A stretch of DNA of 64,000 nt. Origin: Piromyces finnis finn. Taxonomy: Eukaryota; Fungi; Neocallimastigomycota. The position numbers and the translations under genes were made by a program. Within the stretch, counting starts at the first letter, position 1; every line of letters starts with the position of its first letter. Below, piece by piece: positions 56,281 to 64,000 of this stretch. The notes below the pieces were generated by a model, which was not told where the DNA came from, ran no database searches, and saw only the letters and a program-made list of their open reading frames with translations. The stretch covers positions 434,001 to 498,000 of the forward strand of contig MCFH01000007.1 in the NCBI GenBank assembly GCA_002104945.1, read 5' to 3'.

Positions 56281-59200
56281 ATGTCATCAAATAATGAGGA
56301 TTCAAAAAATGAATCTAATAATAACCTAAAAAAGAGTTTAAGTAGTATAGCGAAAAAAGAAAATAATGTATGTGTTACATTTACTCAACCAAAGGAAGAA
56401 ATAGTAATACCACAAATATTAAATCGTGATAATCCAAGCAATATTTTTGAGGATGAAATAGAAGAAAATAAAATAGTATATGAAATAAATTTTCCACCAA
56501 AAGAAGAAGAAATACGGCCTAAAGCAAATCATATAAAAACAACAAAATATAATATATTTACATTTCTTCCATTAAATTTATGGTCACAGGTTTATATTTA
56601 TTTAATATTCAATTTACATTAACTCATTATTTATGTATCAACTCTAAATAATATTGTCTATATATAAGTTTCATAGATTTTCAAATATATATTTCCTGCT
56701 TGGTGCACTTTCAACGTTATTTGGGTATACTGTTGTAAGTCCAGTTGCTCAAATAATGCCATTAATTATAGTACTTTCAGTGACAGCAATTAAAGATGCT
56801 TATGGAGATATTGTAAACTATAAACTATTCTTATTTGATATATATAAATTATCTATACATTATTATATATAATATATAATAATTACATTAATATTATTTA
56901 ATTATAGAAACGAAGTTCAGATGATAAAAAGACTAATAATGAGCCATATTATATATTAAGGAATAACGAAGTAAAACAAGTATTATGCCAAGATATTTTT
57001 CCAGGAGATGTGGTATGAATATATAAAAAAAACTTTTTAATATATATCTAACTAGAATTAAAATTTATAAAAATAATAATCAAAATATAATAATAAATTT
57101 TTATAAGATCGTTATTCAAAAAGGTGATAAAATACCAGCAGATTGTCTTCTTCTTAGTTCATCAAATGATGATGGTGTATGTTATGTAGAAACATCCGAT
57201 TTAGATGGGTACATAAAGTTATTCTTTTTATTATAATATAATATAATTATTTTAAAAATTCTTATTGACATTTAGATTTAATATGTATAATAATAACAAA
57301 ATAATATAAAAATATTTATTGTCACACAACAATCTTTTTTTAATATTTTATACACAAAAATATTATTCATAGTGAAACAAGTTTAAAGAAAAAAGTATCT
57401 TTATCAGAATTGTCGTGTATAAGAGATTTAGAAGGATTTTCAAAAATACATGGCAAAATTCAATGTGAACCACCTTGTGATAGTTTTTCATCTTTTGAAG
57501 GAAGAATATATTTTGAAACAGTATTTAAACCAATACAAAGAGACTCATATAGTATTAATACCAGTAAAACCAATTTAAGTACTATAAGTAGAGAAATTAA
57601 AAAAAATATAACAAATGTATCTAATATGATACGAGGAAATAGTTCTTTCATAAAAGTTGGTTCTAATATGCCAAATACCTCACTTTCACTTAATGTAAAT
57701 CAAATGCTATTTAGAGGTTCTGTATTAAGAAATACAGAATGTGTATATTTAATGGCAATTTATACAGGAAAAGAAACTAGAGTATTTAGGAATTCGCGTC
57801 AAATAGGATTAAAAACAAGTACATTAGATCCTCAACTCAATAAATACTTAATTTACATCTTTATTTTAAATTTTATTATTTTATTTATATCTGTCATTTT
57901 TCAACTTTTTGATTCATATAAAGTTATTAAAAAGAAAAGAAAGTATAACCATTGGTATTTATTAATTAATAATAAGTGGAGCACTATAAACGAAATATTT
58001 AAGAGCATTCTATCGTTCTTTGCGCTCTATACCTATTTTGTTCCTCTTAGTTTATTTGTAACTTTGGAAGTTGTGCGAGTAATACAAAGTTGGTTTTTCC
58101 AATGGGATCATGAAATGATGGGTCAAAAAGAAATTGAAACTGAAGTAAAAAATACAAATGATACTATATTAAATTTAGATAATGATCCTAATCTTATAAG
58201 TAGTAGAGTAAACTCTGCAGAAATAACAAATAAAAGTATACGGGCTTCACAAAAATCCTTATTAAAAACAAAACTTTCAATATCACAATTAGAGTTAATA
58301 CCTGAGAATAAAGAACAACAAACAACAGAACAAAAACCAACTAAACAATGGATACCAATGAAAGTTAATAGTTTAAATTTAGGTGAAGATTTAGGTGCAA
58401 TTCAATATATATTTAGTGATAAAACAGGAACACTAACAAAAAATATGATGATACTTACAAAATGGTGTATCGATGGAAAAATATTAGATGCATATAATGA
58501 ACCTTCTTGTCTTTATCAAGAAATTAAAAAATGTGATGATACAAAAAATGATGATACTAATATGAATGAAGAATATAGAGATAAAATTTTAGAATTTTGT
58601 CGAGCATTAGCAACATGTCATGAAGTTATGATATCCTATGATCCTGCAAGTTACCAACCTGTTTTTGAAAGTCAGTCTCCGGATGAGACTGCAATTGTTT
58701 TAGGGCTACAGAAAGCAGGTGTACGATTGATATCAAGAAATAAGGATAATATTATGTTTCAATTATGGAATAATGAAGAAACACATAAAATATTATTATT
58801 AGTGGAGTTTACAAGTGATAGAAAGTGCATGACAGTAATTGTGAAAAGGGAAACTAATAAAGGTCCAGTTTATACATTATATACTAAAGGTGCGGATGAT
58901 GTTATATCGAGAAGATTATCAACAAATAAATCGGTTAATAATGAAAAAGTATTAACAAATACAATGAATGCTATAAAATTATTTGGTAAAATGGGATATC
59001 GTGTTTTAATGGTTGCTGAACGTATTATTGATAAAGATACATATGAAACATTTATCAATATGTATAGAAAAGCAGAATGTAGTTTAGGAAATCGTGCAAA
59101 AAATATAGCAAAAGCAATGGAATATATCGAAAAGGATTTAATATTACTTGGGTTAACAGCTGTAGAGGATCAATTACAAGAAAATATTCCAGAAACCATT

Positions 59201-62200
59201 GATTATCTTTTAAATGTATATATTATAAATATCTAAAAAAAAATGTATTATTATAATTTTTTATATTTATTTATTTTATTTTATTTTGATTTTAATATTT
59301 CTTCACTATTAAATCATATGATAAATTAAAAGGCCGGAATAAAAATGTGGTTATTAACAGGTGATCAACAAGATACAGCTATTAATATTGGAATGTCATC
59401 ATGCTTATTAAATAACAATTCAAATTTAATGATTCTTAATGACAAAACCTATCGTAAGTGTGAAAGAACGCTGGAAAAATATATAAATAAAATGAAAGAA
59501 AATGATGAATGGGGATATCCTATGATACGATATAAAAAGAAAGATAGTGAAGAAGATGATTCAATAATGTATGACGAGAGACATGATAAAAATTTTAAGA
59601 TGTCAAATATTAAATATAAATGGGAAAAAAACGTGTTAGTAGTAAATGGTGACGCACTTGCAGCCATTTTTGGAAGTAAACCAGTAAAAAAGGATAATAA
59701 ATCCAATAATAATAAAAGTCGTTCTCACCATCATACACATACTCATAATCATAATAATAACGATACAATGAATGAAAATGAAAAAACTTCAAAAAGCAAA
59801 TTAATATTAAGTAATAATATATTACCTTTTAAAAAATCTAGTCAAAAAGTTTATCCTGAAGGATATGTTCCTATAGAAGATTCATCGATTAAAAAAAATG
59901 ACGAGAAAAAAGAAATATGTAATAAGGAAGAATACGATTTTGATAATAACACTAATAATAATAATAACATAGAAGATAATAATAATAATACTAATAACAT
60001 TGATAATAATAAAAAAAAGAAAAAAAAGATATTAAAAAAGTTTAGTGAAAAACTACAAAAGATAAAAAAATCAAAAAAAGAAGATGATAAGAAAAAGAAT
60101 AATGAACCATATAATCCGAAAGAATTAACTCCATTACAAAGAAAGTTTGTTGAAGTTGGTATTAGATGTAGAACGGTAATTTGTTGTCGTGTAACACCAA
60201 TTCAAAAGGCTAATGTTGTTAAAGCAGTAAGACATAATTTAAATGCTGTTACACTTGCTATAGGAGATGGTGCAAATGACGTAGCTATGATACAAGCTGC
60301 TCATGTTGGTGTTGGTATTATGGGAAGAGAAGGTGCTCAAGCAGTGAGAGCAAGTGATTATGCATTTTTAGAATTTAGATTTTTAAAACCTTTACTTTGT
60401 GTACATGGTAGATATTCATATCTTCGAATAACGAAATTAATCCTTTTTTCATTTTATAAAAATATTGTTTTATCTTTAATTTTATTTTCGTATGGCTTTG
60501 TTTCCTTATGGAGTGGAAATGTAATTATCACCCAATAATTAAACCCTTTTTATTTATTAAAATTAATAATACTAATATATAATTGTTATAATTGTATATA
60601 TATTATCTATTAATTATTAGACCTTATTGGAAAACTATTTCTTATTATCGTATAATTTATTCTATACTTGCTTTATCATTCTTGTTTTAGCATGTTATGA
60701 AAGAGATGTTGGAATTAAAGCAATTTATGAAAATCCTCAATTATACAAACAAGTAAAAGATGGTATATATTGGTGTAATGCTAAGAAATTTGGATGGATT
60801 TTATCTAGTATATGGCATGGACTTGGTAATTAATAATAATAATAAAAATTAAATTTAATGTTTTTTCTTTATTTATGAAATTATTTATGGAAAAAATAAC
60901 ACATATTAACTATTATTATTATTATAATTTTATTACTTTATCATTTTAATTTATCAAAAATAATAATGATAATAATAAAAAACAAAAGTGATTGTTTTCA
61001 TTATGATTTTTATGTTTGATGATAATATTTTGAGACAAGATGGAAGCTCAGCTATATCTTTCTGGGCTCAATGTTACATTATTCAAACAATTTTAATATT
61101 GGTAGTAACATTAAAAAGTATAACAATACATGAACGATTCACAATACTATCATTAATTACGACTATTCTTTCACTTGTTATCTATTTTGTATTTATGCTT
61201 GCTATTGACTATATATTCTTATATTTTGAATCATCAATCTTAGTGATATCAGAAATGCCAAATTATTTCTTGATAATATTATTTGGTGTAATCACTTCAA
61301 TATTACCGGATTATATTGTTTATTAGTAAATATTTTTTTTAAACTTTTATAAAAATAAAAATATATTAAAAGATATTTTATTTAATTAAATAATAAATTA
61401 ATATTTTCTTATAAACATATAACTAAATATTAAAATTATTTTTTTTTTATAAAAAAAATAGTATAAGATCAAATTATTATCCAACAGATGCCCAGATTAT
61501 ATTCCAAGAAAGAAAATTGAATAAGAGTAGGAATAAATACAATATGATGGAACTTCAACATCCAATTAATAATAATTTCAACTTAAGTCAAACAAATCTA
61601 TTGTCAATTATTGATAATGAAAATGCTGAGAATAATAAACAAAAAATGGATGAAAATAGTAATAATAATATGGTGGATAAAAGTAAAACTAGTAATGGAA
61701 AAAAGAATAAAAACGATAATAAAACGAATGATCATGAAAAACTTAATCAAAATGATAATAATAACTATAGTAATCATTTAAATATAGATGATAATAATAC
61801 TATTATAAATACAAAGCCAAAGATTTCCAAGAAATTAAGTGATATTCTTATTGAGAAAAATGAAAATAAGATTGATTTCCCATTAAGATCAAAGAGTACT
61901 ATACTTAACCAAAATAGCTTATTATATCAAAAAAGCTTTATGTCTGATCCTGAAATAAATAGAATTAATGCTGATGATATAAAAAAATCATCTTTTTTTA
62001 GTATAAGGAATAGTTCAAATTACACTCACATATCTGATAATGATTTATATAATTATCACAAGAAAACAAAAAATAGTAAAGAAAATAATATATTAAAAGA
62101 AAATGAAAAGAGTAAATCTTTAGAAACGGATAATATGGCTAAAAACAATAATAACAACAGTAATAATAATACGATTCAAGATACTGAGAATAACAATTTT

Positions 62201-62632
62201 TTGAAGAAAAATTATAGTAATAATAGTTCAAATAATTATAGTGAGAATACAAATATTAGTTCAAGTAATAGTAAAAGTGAGTTAACTATCAGTAGTTTAA
62301 GTAATAGTGAAAGTAGTAAAAGCGAAGATTCTAATAGTAGTTCAAGTCATAGTGGAAGTAGTAAAAGTGAGGAGGATACTAGTAGTAGTTCAAGTCATAG
62401 TGGAAATAGTAAAAGTGAGGATACTAGTAATAGTGAAAATAGTAATAGAAGAGACAGTTCCAAGGATAATTATAATTATCAAAATACGCTATTAAATAAT
62501 AGTGATTTGGAACTCAATTCTAATCGATCATCTGAAGAGTCAATTTATATGAATTTACCAGCTGGTGATAAGAAAAGACTTCCTTCCATTAAATTACACT
62601 ACTCAAAAGAAAATTTAAATGAGAAAAAATAA
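56281..62632 (+). CDS. P4-type ATPase (phospholipid flippase), paralog 2, with long low-complexity inserts and C-tail
   Basis: [56 protein letters not shown]. Most intron positions match paralog 1. Confidence 0.93.
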
Positions 62633-63297
62633 ATAATCATTATAAATTATATAAGAACGACTAAAAACAAAAAAAAAAAAAAATATATATATATATATGA
62701 AAAATTATAATAATGATATATAACTATTTTTTGTAATACATTTATATAATTACAATTTTTGTCAAAAATTTATATACCAATTTCTTTTAATATTAATTAT
62801 AACCAAAATAATATAATACTACCATAATTATAATAATAAAAGAAATATATACCAAATATTTTATATTTTATATATTTAATAATTATTTCTATATACTATT
62901 TTAATCTCACATATATATATTAAATTATCTATATATAACAATTTTTGATTTTAAAAAGCAATTATAATAAATAATAGCAATAAAACTGCTAATTAAATAA
63001 AACATATTTAAATACAAAGTTTTTTATGTATATATTTAAAAGAGAAATTCAAGAATTTATTAATGAGTTTAATAATATTTTTATACCAAAAAAAGTATGG
63101 TTGAACCATTTTTTTTTTGGTAGTATTATGATGTGTAGTTTTATTTAATAAAGATTTTTTGGAAAAATCATCCAATCCAATCAAATATTTTATCTAAAGA
63201 CATTAATTATAATATGATTTAAAAAATGATTTAGTTATTTATATTTTATTTAATTTTTTAAAATAAAAATCAATTTCAAATTTTTAAAAAAAAAAAA

Positions 63298-64000
63298 ATG
63301 ATTGCCATTGGATTTGAAGGTTTGTTAACTTGAAAAACAAAAGAATATAAAAAAATAATAATAAATAATAAATTTAAAAAAAAAGTTTTATAATAATATA
63401 TATATATATATAAAATTAAAAATAGTTATTAAGAATTATTTTTTATTAATTAATAAAATAAAAATTAATAGGAAGTGCAAATAAATTAGGTGTCGGTATT
63501 ATTGAACATACTGAAGATGGACAAGTTAAAATTTTAGCTAATATTAGAGATACTTATAACGCACCACCAGGTGAAGGTTTCCTTCCAAGAGATACTGCTG
63601 AACATCATAGAAGGGTTGTTTTGGATGTTACAAAAAAAGCAATGAAAACAGCAAATGTTACTTCAAAAGATATTGATATAATTGCCTACACTAAAGGTAT
63701 AATAATGATAATAGAAATATTATTGTATCATCAGAGTGTATATAACTTAATTTTAAACAATAATTTATTAAAAATAATAATAATTATAATTAGGACCAGG
63801 AATTGGTGGTCCATTAGTATCAACTGCTGTTGTTGCAAGAACTTTATCATTATTATGGAATAAGCCAATTGTTGGTGTTAATCATTGTATTGGACGTAAG
63901 TAAATTTTACTATTTTAAATTAAATTAAAAATATACATGCTTTTAAATGTTAAATTTTAAAATATTATTTATTGATTTTCCCACAATTTTAAATTTATAT
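63298..64000 (+). CDS. KAE1: tRNA N6-threonylcarbamoyltransferase Kae1/OSGEP (5' part; runs off the window; last visible exon ends 63895)
   Basis: Spliced: [54 protein letters not shown](H). Confidence 0.95.

Overview
Extremely AT-rich, intron-rich eukaryotic DNA. The base composition, short AT-rich GT-AG introns and flagellar genes (SPAG6/PF16, BBS4) point to a zoosporic fungus, most likely an anaerobic gut fungus (Neocallimastigomycota); this is inference. I reconstructed 14 protein-coding genes by manual splicing: SEC61 alpha (-), CUL3 (+), HAUS8/augmin-like (-), RBMS/MSSP-type RRM protein (+), tandem-CWCH2 C2H2 zinc-finger factor (+), BZW/5MP (+), RanBP3/Yrb2-like (-), SPAG6 (-), BBS4 (+), a C2-C2-C1-RasGAP-4xLIM fusion (+), PI-PLC (+), two tandem P4-ATPase flippases (+) and KAE1/OSGEP (+, truncated by the window end). 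No tRNA, rRNA, CRISPR array or transposase/RT ORF was found. The most striking unexplained signal is at 330-802: a run of abutting hairpins with a 124-bp tandem duplication, G.U pairs biased to the minus strand and a possible loop-loop pseudoknot. This is a candidate structured RNA or retroelement leader. Other leads are the RasGAP-paxillin-like fusion, the non-canonical lipid-binding residues shared by the two flippases, and the head-to-head SPAG6/BBS4 pair with a central double-CCAAT palindrome. Exon boundaries were read by eye; no database searches or folding programs were run.
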